A DNA stretch of 45,716 nt from Thermovirgaceae bacterium (lineage in GTDB: Bacteria > Synergistota > Synergistia > Synergistales > Thermovirgaceae): contig JAXGNU010000011.1 in assembly GCA_040767805.1 (NCBI GenBank), positions 1 to 45,716 on the forward strand, given 5' to 3'. Position 1 is the first letter of the stretch, and every line of letters starts with the position of its first letter. The position numbers and the translations under genes are program-made. Of the stretch, positions 29,073 through 37,434 are shown piece by piece. The notes beneath the pieces are model-generated. The model was not told the origin of the DNA and did not search any database. It saw only the letters and a list, made by a program, of their open reading frames with translations.

Positions 29073-29167
29073 CCCCTTCCGGGGACTTCCGGTCACGAAG
29101 GTGGCCCGGGGGGAGCGTCGTCGCTCCATCGGTGGCAGAAGTGAAGATTTGAAACGGAGGGATCTCC

Positions 29168-30199
29168 TTGTCCGACATGATGAACTCTACCACGACCCAG
29201 CTGAGGGGCCTGGCCGCCGGCGATCGTTTCAAGATCCTCGGCGTGCTCCAACAGGTCAAGCAGAGGTTTGACAAGAATAAAAGGCCCTTTTGGGAAATCG
29301 CCCTGGTGGATTCCGAGGGGACCATCGAAGCGAAAGTCTGGTCCGATGGAAAGTGGTGGGACGCCAGGTCGGGCGAAAGATTGCCCGTAGAGCCCGGTTC
29401 ACCGGAGATGCCCGGCGCTTTCCTCAACGCGCCCATCGGGGCCCTCGGCTCGGTGTCGGAATTCAAGGGGAAGCAGCAGTACCAGTTTTCGGAACTATTC
29501 CTTCTGGACCCCGAGAAATACCCAATAAGCGGTTTCATCCAGTCCTCACCGATCCCCATCGACCAAATGGAGGAGGAGTTCAGGGCCCTGATCGCCGGTT
29601 GCCGCCCCGCGGTCAGGGATTTCCTTGAAAAGGTCTTCAGGGGTGATACCTGGAGGAGGTTCCGGGAGGCCCCGGCGGCCGTGACTATGCATCACGCCTA
29701 TGTCCATGGGTTACTTGAGCACACCCTGGCAGTGACGAAGGGCGCCCGCGCGCTGGCCCAAGCCTATATCGATTCCGGCATCGACATGGACCTGGACGTC
29801 GTGACCGCCGGGGGGCTTTTGCACGATATCGGCAAGATAGACTCCTACAGGTTGGACCCCTTCCCTTCGATGACCGTCCCGGGGACGGTCCTCGACCATA
29901 TCGCCCTGGGTTTCAGCCGCTTCTCCCTCCTGGCCGACGAACATGGCCTCGATGAGGTTCTTGAGACCGCCCTGGGGCATATCCTGGTGAGCCACCACGG
30001 ACGCAAGGAGTACGGTTCGCCTGTACTTCCGGCTACCCCCGAGGCCATGGTTGTTTCTTCGGCCGACGAACTGGACTTCCTGATGTACTGCTGGAGCTCC
30101 TTTCCCGAAAGCGGTAACGGGGAGGTTTCCATCTCGGACTTCCTCCCCTCCGCCGGCAGGAGGTTCTGGAGGCCGGATACGCGAAAGGTGGAGGACTGA
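29168..30199 (+). CDS. YhaM-like OB-fold + HD 3'-5' exoribonuclease
   Basis: N-terminal OB-fold (D..G.IEAKVW), PAA..MHHAY..GLLEHT, LLHDIGK, SHHG..EYGSP, TPEA. Confidence 0.88.
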   Translation: MSDMMNSTTTQLRGLAAGDRFKILGVLQQVKQRFDKNKRPFWEIALVDSEGTIEAKVWSDGKWWDARSGERLPVEPGSPEMPGAFLNAPIGALGSVSEFKGKQQYQFSELFLLDPEKYPISGFIQSSPIPIDQMEEEFRALIAGCRPAVRDFLEKVFRGDTWRRFREAPAAVTMHHAYVHGLLEHTLAVTKGARALAQAYIDSGIDMDLDVVTAGGLLHDIGKIDSYRLDPFPSMTVPGTVLDHIALGFSRFSLLADEHGLDEVLETALGHILVSHHGRKEYGSPVLPATPEAMVVSSADELDFLMYCWSSFPESGNGEVSISDFLPSAGRRFWRPDTRKVED

Positions 30200-30204
30200 A
30201 CGGG

Positions 30205-31164
30205 ATGGGACAGGTTTTCAAGGTTTCTGGCCACGACGACGGGAGAAGGGCGGATAAGGTAATACGGAAAAAGTGGCCCGATCTTCCCCTGGCGGCAGTT
30301 ATGAGAGCCTTCAGAAAAGGCTTGGTCAAAGTGGACGGCCGCCGGGTCGAATGTTCCTCCAGGGTCGCCGCGGGAAGCTCCGTGGCCGTTCCCTGGGATG
30401 ATGCCGAGGTTGAGACCAGGAAGCCTTCCTTATCGGGCCCTGGAGCACTTGGCCCTTCGATTGAGATTATCTATGCCGACAACGATATCTGTATTATCAA
30501 CAAACCTTGGAACCTGCTTTCGCAGCCCGACCGTGACGGTGGCGAGAGTGTAATCTCCAGGACAACAGCGACCCTCGGCTGGAAGGACCTCTCCTTCTAT
30601 CCCACCCCGGTTCACAGGCTCGACAGGAACACCTCGGGGGCAATGGCTCTCGCCCTTAACGGTGTGGCTCTCAGGGTACTTCACGAGGCTTGGCGCAAGG
30701 GAAGCGTCCGGAGGGCCTACCTCGCCCTGGTCGTCGGTGAAGCCCCCGATGAAGGCGAGATCAATTCGCCCATCTTGAAGTCCGGAGAAGACAACATAGT
30801 GGGCATCGACGCCGCCAAGGGGAGGACGGCCCTTACAAGGTTCAGGAAGGTAAGGGGAGACCCGGCGGTTTCCCTGCTGCAGGTGGAGCTTCTCACCGGG
30901 CGGCCTCACCAGGCGAGGGTCCACCTCGCTTCGATAGGGCACCCCCTGGTCGGAGATATCAAGTACGGCGACCGGAAAGTGAACGCCGAATGGCGTCTCC
31001 ACGGCGTACATAGGCCGATGCTCCACTCCAGGAGCCTGGAGTTCAGGGACTTGTCCGCCCCCCTTGGCCACCTCTCGGGTAAAAAGTATCTAGCCGTACC
31101 ACCTCCTGATTTTATGGGAGTCCTCTCGGGGAGGGGTTGGCGTTTATACGACCGTGGGGTATAA
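30205..31164 (+). CDS. RluA/RluC/RluD-family pseudouridine synthase with S4 domain
   Basis: GRRADK, INKP, HRLDRNTSG (catalytic Asp), TGRPHQARVH, GD.KYG, LHS. Confidence 0.93.
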   Translation: MGQVFKVSGHDDGRRADKVIRKKWPDLPLAAVMRAFRKGLVKVDGRRVECSSRVAAGSSVAVPWDDAEVETRKPSLSGPGALGPSIEIIYADNDICIINKPWNLLSQPDRDGGESVISRTTATLGWKDLSFYPTPVHRLDRNTSGAMALALNGVALRVLHEAWRKGSVRRAYLALVVGEAPDEGEINSPILKSGEDNIVGIDAAKGRTALTRFRKVRGDPAVSLLQVELLTGRPHQARVHLASIGHPLVGDIKYGDRKVNAEWRLHGVHRPMLHSRSLEFRDLSAPLGHLSGKKYLAVPPPDFMGVLSGRGWRLYDRGV

Positions 31165-31165
31165 T
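31137..31165 (+). promoter_or_regulatory. sigma70-type promoter for the putative selenoprotein gene
   Basis: TTGGCG (31137-31142), 17 nt spacer, TATAAT (31160-31165), overlapping the stop of the RluA-family gene. Confidence 0.6.
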
Positions 31166-31208
31166 GCCCGCATTGTTCAAGAGAAAAACCTCTATGGGGG
31201 GAATGGGT

Positions 31209-31523
31209 ATGAGTGAGGGGAAGTTGAAACTCGAGATCAGCGACAAGGCCAAGGCCAAGCTGGGATCGATGGGCAACGAGGGGTACGTCATCGTAAGACG
31301 CCTGGGGGGTGGGTGAGCGGCGCGTTACGCGGCTCTCGTCGAGAGCGGGAAACCCCCCGTGGATGATGGTTATACCATGCTTTCCGTGGATGGCGTCACC
31401 CTATGGGTCCCGGAAGATATGAGATTCGCCGATGACCTGGTCAGGGTCGAGCAGACCGGTTTCCTCTGGTCCACGAATATCGAAGTGATGACCGTCCTTG
31501 GCATTCAAAGGGGATCCTGCTGA
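31209..31523 (+). CDS. Putative HesB/IscA-like selenoprotein (104 aa, Sec at codon 36, TGA 31314-31316)
   Basis: Manual translation: MSEGKLKLEISDKAKAKLGSMGNEGYVIVRRLGGG-U-AARYAALVESGKPPVDDGYTMLSVDGVTLWVPEDMRFADDLVRVEQTGFLWSTNIEVMTVLGIQRGSC*. HesB-like features on both sides of the TGA (I S/T-x-x-A start; VDGVTLWV strand), GGGGGGA RBS, SECIS-like hairpin. Confidence 0.8.
31332..31346 (+). promoter_or_regulatory. Candidate bacterial SECIS hairpin
   Basis: GCTCTC-GTC-GAGAGC stem-loop; the loop begins with G and lies 21 nt after the in-frame UGA. Confidence 0.6.
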
Positions 31524-31595
31524 AGGCCTTAAGCGGTCTCCCCGCCGAAGTCCCCGTCCTTTGGGACGGCTTTCCATGAAGTGAAGCTCCAAGAC

Positions 31596-31628
31596 ACAGG
31601 GCTAGGGTTTCCCCAAGCCCTGTTTTTT
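31596..31628 (+). terminator. Intrinsic terminator after the selenoprotein gene
   Basis: ACAGGGCT / AGCCCTGT stem with inner GGG/CCC pairs, followed by a T-run. Confidence 0.7.
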
Positions 31629-31685
31629 GTCCCTTGAAAGATCGAAAGGGATCAGAAAATATGGAGTATACATAATACCGGACTC

Positions 31686-31713
31686 TTGACAAGGGATTTC
31701 TTTCACATATATT
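31686..31713 (+). promoter_or_regulatory. sigma70-type promoter for gdhA
   Basis: TTGACA (31686-31691), 16 nt spacer, TATATT (31708-31713). Confidence 0.6.
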
Positions 31714-31831
31714 AGATTATTGGAAAGCGGCTCCAGAAAGGACCGAGACCGCTTCACAGTGTGAAGGGGGTTCCCAGTTTTGAAGGCCCGGGCTGCCCGG
31801 GTCACCAGATGAATCCGGAGGTGCTGTTTGA

Positions 31832-33103
31832 ATGGGTAAGAGGACATCAGAGAACGTGCTCCTTGATATCGCTTTGAAAAACTTCTATGGCGCGGCGGAG
31901 GAACTGGGTCTCGAGGACAGCCTGGTCGAGATACTCGCCAACTCCGAGCGGAAATTGTCCGTTTCAGTCCCCGTAGTGATGGACGACGGCACCACCAAGG
32001 TCTTCAACGGTTACCGCGTCCAGCATTCCACGGCCATCGGGCCGGCCAAGGGCGGCACCCGGTTTCATCCCGATGTGAACCTCGATGAATGCGAAGCCCT
32101 GGGTATGCTCATGACCTGGAAATGTTCCCTCGCCGGCATTCCCTATGGCGGAGGAAAGGGTGGGGTCGAGTGTGACCCGCTCCAGATGTCAAAGGGTGAA
32201 AAGGAACGTCTCTCGAGGACCTACGCCGCCAGGATAGAGCCGCTGATCGGAACCTGGTCCGATGCCCCCGGGCCGGATGTGAACACCGGCGGCCAGGAGA
32301 TGATATGGTTCATGGACACAATCAGCAAGATAAGGGGCAAGGTCGAACCCGCCCTTTTCACGGGGAAACCGGTGGGACTGTGGGGTTCCGAGGGCCGCGT
32401 CGAGGCGACCGGCCTAGGTGTGGCGACCTGCGCCCTTGAGTTCCTCAACGCCATCAATAAGGATCCCAAGGGTACGACCTTCATCATCCAGGGATTTGGC
32501 AATGTCGGTACCCACGCGGCCCTGACCCTTATCAATGCAGGCGCTACGGTGGTCGGCATCAGCGATATCACCGGGGCTTACTATTGCCCCAAGGGCATCG
32601 ACATCAAGAAAGCCCAGCAGCATGCCTCCGCTCACCCCAAAAAGCTTCTCGAGGGTTTCGAGCAGCCCGGGCTCGAAAAGATCTCCGCTGAAGAGTTCCT
32701 CTTGCTCGACGCCGACATCCTCATCCCCGCCGCCCTCGAAGGTGTGGTCAACAAGGACAACGCCGACAAGGTCAAGGTCAAGTACGTGGTCGAAGCCGCC
32801 AACGGCCCCATCACCCCCGAGGCTGACGCGGTCCTCGACGCCAAGGGGGTACTGATCGTTCCCGACTTCCTGGCCAACTCCGGCGGGGTTATCGGGTCCT
32901 ACTTCGAGTGGGCGCAGAACCTCGGCGGGTTCTTCTGGACCCGGGAGGAGTACAACTCGAGGCTCCTCCACATCATGAAGGGCAACTTCAAGCGGGTCTG
33001 GGACTTCAGCCAGGAACGCAACGTGAAGATGCGCCGGGCCGCCTTCATGGCCGCTATCGCACGGGTAGCCGAAGCGGCAAGGCTCCGCGGAGTGTTCCTC
33101 TAG
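31832..33103 (+). CDS. gdhA: Glu/Leu/Phe/Val dehydrogenase, most likely glutamate dehydrogenase
   Basis: GYRVQH, KGG.RFHP, MTWK, GGGKGG, TGKP, R.EATG.G, QGFGNVG, EAANGP, PDFLANSGGV..SYFEW. Confidence 0.9.
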   Translation: MGKRTSENVLLDIALKNFYGAAEELGLEDSLVEILANSERKLSVSVPVVMDDGTTKVFNGYRVQHSTAIGPAKGGTRFHPDVNLDECEALGMLMTWKCSLAGIPYGGGKGGVECDPLQMSKGEKERLSRTYAARIEPLIGTWSDAPGPDVNTGGQEMIWFMDTISKIRGKVEPALFTGKPVGLWGSEGRVEATGLGVATCALEFLNAINKDPKGTTFIIQGFGNVGTHAALTLINAGATVVGISDITGAYYCPKGIDIKKAQQHASAHPKKLLEGFEQPGLEKISAEEFLLLDADILIPAALEGVVNKDNADKVKVKYVVEAANGPITPEADAVLDAKGVLIVPDFLANSGGVIGSYFEWAQNLGGFFWTREEYNSRLLHIMKGNFKRVWDFSQERNVKMRRAAFMAAIARVAEAARLRGVFL

Positions 33104-33143
33104 CCTGCGTTCTTTTTTAAGCCTTCAAAACGTCAATGACTGG

Positions 33144-33177
33144 CCGGGGCCGCCCCAAAAGGCGGCCCCGGTTTTTT
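33144..33177 (+). terminator. Intrinsic terminator between convergent gdhA and asnS
   Basis: CCGGGGCCGCC / GGCGGCCCCGG 11-bp stem followed by TTTTTT. Confidence 0.85.
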
Positions 33178-33182
33178 CATCC

Positions 33183-34487
33183 TTAAGGGTTCAAACGATA
33201 TATGGTCCTTGGGAACGGTATGGTCTCCCTTATGTGGGGAAGGCCGCAGACCCATGCCACGACCCTTTCGATCCCCATGCCGAAACCGCTGTGGACGAAG
33301 GTACCGTACTTCCTAAGGTCAAGGTACCAGTTGTAGGTGTCCTCGGGGAGCTTTTCTTCCCTTATGCGTGCGAGCAGGAGGTCCAAGGAATCTTCCCTCT
33401 GGGAGCCGCCTATGATCTCACCGTAACCTTCCGGCGCGAGTAGGTCGTCGCAGAGGACCAGGTCCTCTCTTTCGGGGTGCTGTTTCATGTAGAAAGCCTT
33501 GACCTTTTTGGGGTAGCACTCCACGAAAAGGGGTTTGTCGAACTGCCGGGTGAGTATGGTTTCGTCCTCACCACCGAAGTCAGTGCCGTACCGCATCGGG
33601 CAACCGAGCTTTTGGAGCATAATGACGGCGTCGTCGTAGCTTATGTGGTGAAAGGGCGGTTTCACCCGCTCGAGAGGGGCCGTGTCCCTCCCTATCAGGG
33701 CTAGCTCCACACGGCAATGTTCCAGGACCTTTTCAACGATATAGGAGACGAGGTTCTCCTGGAGGGTCATGTTATCGACGTGATCGTAAAAGGCCACTTC
33801 GGGTTCGATCATCCAGAACTCGGTGAGATGTCTCCTGGTCTTGGATTTCTCGGCCCGGAAGGTAGGACCGAAGGTATAAACCCTGCCGAAGGCCGCCGCG
33901 GCCGCCTCGGCGTAAAGCTGACCCGTCTGGGCCAGGTAGGCTTTCCCCAGGTCGAAGTAGGGCACTTCGAAAAGGCTCGATGCGCCCTCGCCGATGGCCC
34001 CGGTCAGGATAGGGCTGTCGACGAGAAGGAAGTCGTTGTCATGGAGGTACTCCCTCGCCGACCAGATCACCCTTTCCCGGATCCTCATCACCGCTCGTTG
34101 ACTGGCGCTCCGCAGCCACAGGTGCCGGTTGTCCAGGAGGAAGTCTATACCGTGATCCTTCTTCCCGATGGGGTATTCATCGGTGGGGTTTTGCAGGATC
34201 TTCACCCCGGTGACGCTTAGCTCGAAACCTGAGGGGGCCCTTTCATCCCTTCGCACCTTGCCCGTCACCTCGAGGGAAGCCTCGAGCCAGAGGTTACGGG
34301 TCGAGAGGAACTGGTCTTCCGGCACTTCGCCCTTGACAACAACCCCCTGGATGAATCCCGTGCCGTCGCGGAGTTGCAGGAAGTGAATCTTGCCGGAACT
34401 CCGCTTGTTGTACATCCAGCATTTGAGCTGGACCTCCTCGCCCTCATGACCGGGAAGATCGCCGATGTATACCCAGGGAACCGCCAT
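33183..34487 (-). CDS. asnS: Asparagine--tRNA ligase
   Basis: OB-fold F.QLRDGTG, RHLWLRS, YLAQTGQLY.E, FRAEKSKTRRHLTEFWMIEPE, GEIIGGSQRE, GFGMGIER. Confidence 0.96.
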   Translation of the reverse strand: MAVPWVYIGDLPGHEGEEVQLKCWMYNKRSSGKIHFLQLRDGTGFIQGVVVKGEVPEDQFLSTRNLWLEASLEVTGKVRRDERAPSGFELSVTGVKILQNPTDEYPIGKKDHGIDFLLDNRHLWLRSASQRAVMRIRERVIWSAREYLHDNDFLLVDSPILTGAIGEGASSLFEVPYFDLGKAYLAQTGQLYAEAAAAAFGRVYTFGPTFRAEKSKTRRHLTEFWMIEPEVAFYDHVDNMTLQENLVSYIVEKVLEHCRVELALIGRDTAPLERVKPPFHHISYDDAVIMLQKLGCPMRYGTDFGGEDETILTRQFDKPLFVECYPKKVKAFYMKQHPEREDLVLCDDLLAPEGYGEIIGGSQREDSLDLLLARIREEKLPEDTYNWYLDLRKYGTFVHSGFGMGIERVVAWVCGLPHIRETIPFPRTIYRLNP

Positions 34488-34728
34488 GGGAAGACCTCCT
34501 TCATTTCCTCGCGTGTTCGGAATAGGTGACAGTATGATACACTAACATATATTCCGTTTTTGGGGGACCAGCGGGGGAAAGGCGATGGTCTCCCCCCGCT
34601 GGGTTCCGGCCCCCGGATTTGACCTGTCCGATCCCACGGCCGGGGGAGTAAAATGGGGCCGTAGGTTTGCTGCTTCGAGACGGTGCCGGTGAGGTCCCAT
34701 ATAATTCTTTTCTCGGAGGGACAATGGC

Positions 34729-36204
34729 GTGAACGTGAGGCTCGAGGAAAAGATCCTTTCCCAGTGCAACAGGTCCAACGGCGAGCGTGCCGTCTGGTGG
34801 CGGGGGGCGTGGTGGTCCCGTAAAGTCCTTGTGGATCTCGCCGCCCAGTACGAGACGAGGTTAAAGGAGAGCGGGTTCAAGGAGGGCAACAGGGTCGCGG
34901 CGCTGATGCCGAACTGCCCGGCTTTTCTTGCCCTGATGATCGCCGTCTGGAAAGCCGGGGGGACCATGGCCCCGCTGAACCTGCAGGCCGGGTTGGCGCC
35001 GACGATGGAAGCGCTGGTCCACTCCGATGTATCGGCCGTTTTCGCCCCCCAGGGTATGGACCAGGTCACCCAGGGGCTCGCCGCTTCCGGCCTGCCGGCC
35101 GTCGCGGTGCCCTTGGACGGCCCCCTCCCCTCCTTCCAGTCCCGAACCTGCGAACGGTCGGACCCCGAGATAGCCGTCCTCTTCTATACCTCCGGCACAA
35201 CGGGGTCGCCCAAGGGTGTGCCCATAACCCATTCCAACCTGCACGACAACGTGACAAAATCGATCTTCCATTTCAAGGACCTCGAAAGCGACGATATCTT
35301 CATCAACGTCCTTCCCAACTTCCACACCCTGGGTTTCACCACCAGCGGGCTCCTTCCGTTGCTCGGAGGGTACCCCCAGGCCATCATGCCCACTTTCATG
35401 CCTCCCGAGGGCGCCATCGAGTGCATCAAGGCGGCCGAGGTCACGGTGATGATAGCCGTACCGACCATGGTCGCCCTCATGCTCGGCGCCATCACCAGGG
35501 GGGTGGAGCCGCCCTCCTCGCTGAGGCTCCTGGTGACCGGCGGCGACCGGTTCCCCTCGAGGCTGGACGCGAGGACGAAGCAGCTGCTGGGGGTCTCCGT
35601 TCTTGAAGGTTACGGCCTTACCGAGACATCGCCGGTGGTCTCCATCAACGAGAGCGTGGCCAGGAGGAAACTGGGCACCGTCGGGACCGTCCTGGAAGGT
35701 TACGATGTCGAAGTCAGGGACACTGAGGACGAACTGCTTCCCCTGGGCGCGGAAGGCACCCTCTGGGTGAAGGGCCCCTCCGTTTTCAAAGGCTATTTCA
35801 AAGCGCCGGAATTGACCAGGGAGAAGATCAAGGGCGAATGGTTCAACACCGGGGATGTGGTCAGGATAGACGAAGAAGGGTACCTGACCATCCTGGACAG
35901 GGCGACCGATATTATTATCGTGGGAGGTTTCAACGTGTACCCCACCGAGGTCGAGGGCGTCCTGCAGCAGATGCCGGGGGTCAGGGAATGCGCCGTTGTG
36001 GGGGTGGAACACCCCGTCAGCGGCGAGATAGTGAAGGCTTACATCACCCCTTCGGGAGAACCGAAGGTAACAGCTCGGGATGTCATCTCCTTCTCGAAGG
36101 AGCACCTGGCCCATTACAAGATCCCGAGGATCGTGGAGTTCATCGACGAGATGCCGAGGTCCAGCATAGGCAAGATACTCAAAAGGGAACTCCGCAAAAA
36201 CTGA
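34729..36204 (+). CDS. AMP-binding acyl-CoA synthetase (long-chain fatty acid-CoA ligase-like)
   Basis: YTSGTTGSPKG, EGYGLTETSP, TGD, GGFNVYP.EVE, terminal GKILKR; GGAGG RBS, TATAAT upstream. Confidence 0.92.
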   Translation: MNVRLEEKILSQCNRSNGERAVWWRGAWWSRKVLVDLAAQYETRLKESGFKEGNRVAALMPNCPAFLALMIAVWKAGGTMAPLNLQAGLAPTMEALVHSDVSAVFAPQGMDQVTQGLAASGLPAVAVPLDGPLPSFQSRTCERSDPEIAVLFYTSGTTGSPKGVPITHSNLHDNVTKSIFHFKDLESDDIFINVLPNFHTLGFTTSGLLPLLGGYPQAIMPTFMPPEGAIECIKAAEVTVMIAVPTMVALMLGAITRGVEPPSSLRLLVTGGDRFPSRLDARTKQLLGVSVLEGYGLTETSPVVSINESVARRKLGTVGTVLEGYDVEVRDTEDELLPLGAEGTLWVKGPSVFKGYFKAPELTREKIKGEWFNTGDVVRIDEEGYLTILDRATDIIIVGGFNVYPTEVEGVLQQMPGVRECAVVGVEHPVSGEIVKAYITPSGEPKVTARDVISFSKEHLAHYKIPRIVEFIDEMPRSSIGKILKRELRKN

Positions 36205-36239
36205 AGCCCTGGTTTTCGCGACTTCGGGGGAGACTGACT

Positions 36240-37301
36240 TTGTTCGATGTTTCGATAAGGATCGTTGAAAGACCCTCCCGGGAAGAAAGAATCCTGCTGG
36301 AAAACTATCTCGAACGGTTCGGGCTGGCCTTCGAGGGGTGTCCTGATGTCGCTGTCTTCCTCGAGGAGGAGGGCGGCAGGCTCGTCGGAACGGGCAGCCT
36401 GAGCGGGAATGTCATCAAGATGATGGCCGTCGACCCTAACTGGCAGGAATACGGCCTTTCCGGGACCATAGTTTCGAAATTGGTGGAGTGGGGGCGTGCC
36501 CGCGGCATGACCCACTTTTTTGTCTTCACCAAGCCCGATACGGCTGATACCTTCGCCCGCTTCGGCTTCAGGGAAATAGCCAGGTACGAACCCCACGCTG
36601 CGCTGCTCGAGATGGGCAGCCCGGGGATCGACCAGTTCAGGGAGTACCTGGCCTCATGCCGTCGAGGGGCCGGGGTCGCCGGGAGTACCGGCGGGGTCGT
36701 GGTCAACTGCAACCCCTTTACCCTGGGGCACCAGTTCCTGATCGAGAGGGCTGCATCCCTTTCAAGCCACCTCTATGTCATCGTCGTCGAGGCCGACCTT
36801 TCATCCTTCCCCTTCCGGGACCGGTTTGAACTCGTACGGTGCGGGACGTCCCACCTTGAAAATGTCACGGTCGTTAAAAGTGGGGAATACGCCGTCTCTC
36901 CGGCCACCTTCCCCTCCTATTTCCTCAAGGACGCCTCGATGATGGACATCGCTTCGATCCAGGCCCGACTGGATGTCACCCTTTTCGCGAACCTTTTCGT
37001 CCCGGGGCTTGGGATCAACGTCCGGTTCGTTGGGACCGAACCCTACTGCCCTGTTACTAACGCCTTCAATGAGGCCATGAAGGAGATCCTCCCTCCCCGG
37101 GGCGTCGAACTCCGGGAGATTCGCCGGCTGGAGACCGACGAGGGAATGGTGGTGTCGGCCTCGACGGTCCGGTCCTTGCTGAAAAGTGAAGATTGGGAGG
37201 CCCTCAGGAAAATGGTCCCGGACTGCACCTGGGATTACCTCCATTCTGAAAAGGGCAAAAAGGTCATCGAGCATCTCCGCGGGTCCCAGGGAAGGCACTG
37301 A
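36240..37301 (+). CDS. citC: [Citrate (pro-3S)-lyase] ligase
   Basis: N-terminal GNAT-like part, FVFTKP, NCNPFTLGH..LIE, SPATFPSYF, RFVGTEP.C.VT, SAS.VR; TTG start after GGGGAG (ORF-track extension to 35838 is spurious). Confidence 0.92.
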   Translation: MFDVSIRIVERPSREERILLENYLERFGLAFEGCPDVAVFLEEEGGRLVGTGSLSGNVIKMMAVDPNWQEYGLSGTIVSKLVEWGRARGMTHFFVFTKPDTADTFARFGFREIARYEPHAALLEMGSPGIDQFREYLASCRRGAGVAGSTGGVVVNCNPFTLGHQFLIERAASLSSHLYVIVVEADLSSFPFRDRFELVRCGTSHLENVTVVKSGEYAVSPATFPSYFLKDASMMDIASIQARLDVTLFANLFVPGLGINVRFVGTEPYCPVTNAFNEAMKEILPPRGVELREIRRLETDEGMVVSASTVRSLLKSEDWEALRKMVPDCTWDYLHSEKGKKVIEHLRGSQGRH

Positions 37302-37434
37302 CGCCGTCGATCGCCCCGGCCCCACGCAGGGGTGGGCCCGCAACCGTCCGACGCCCCGTGACGGAACAGCCTCCGTAACCGTTGAACCGCTGGTGTATCA
37401 TTGACCCAGTGATAGGGAGAAAGGGGATGAGCCC

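Noticed and set aside
31209..31523. Reading this locus as a nonsense pseudogene
   Set aside because: The TGA falls at the Gly-rich position expected for Cys/Sec, is followed by a SECIS-like hairpin, and expression signals are intact. Disfavoured but not excluded without homolog data.
31401..31847. Three short minus-strand ORFs in the ORF track
   Set aside because: They overlap the plus-strand selenoprotein, its terminator and the gdhA promoter, and show no coding features.
34861..36114. 417-aa minus-strand ORF
   Set aside because: Antisense shadow of the acyl-CoA ligase; no recognisable domain.
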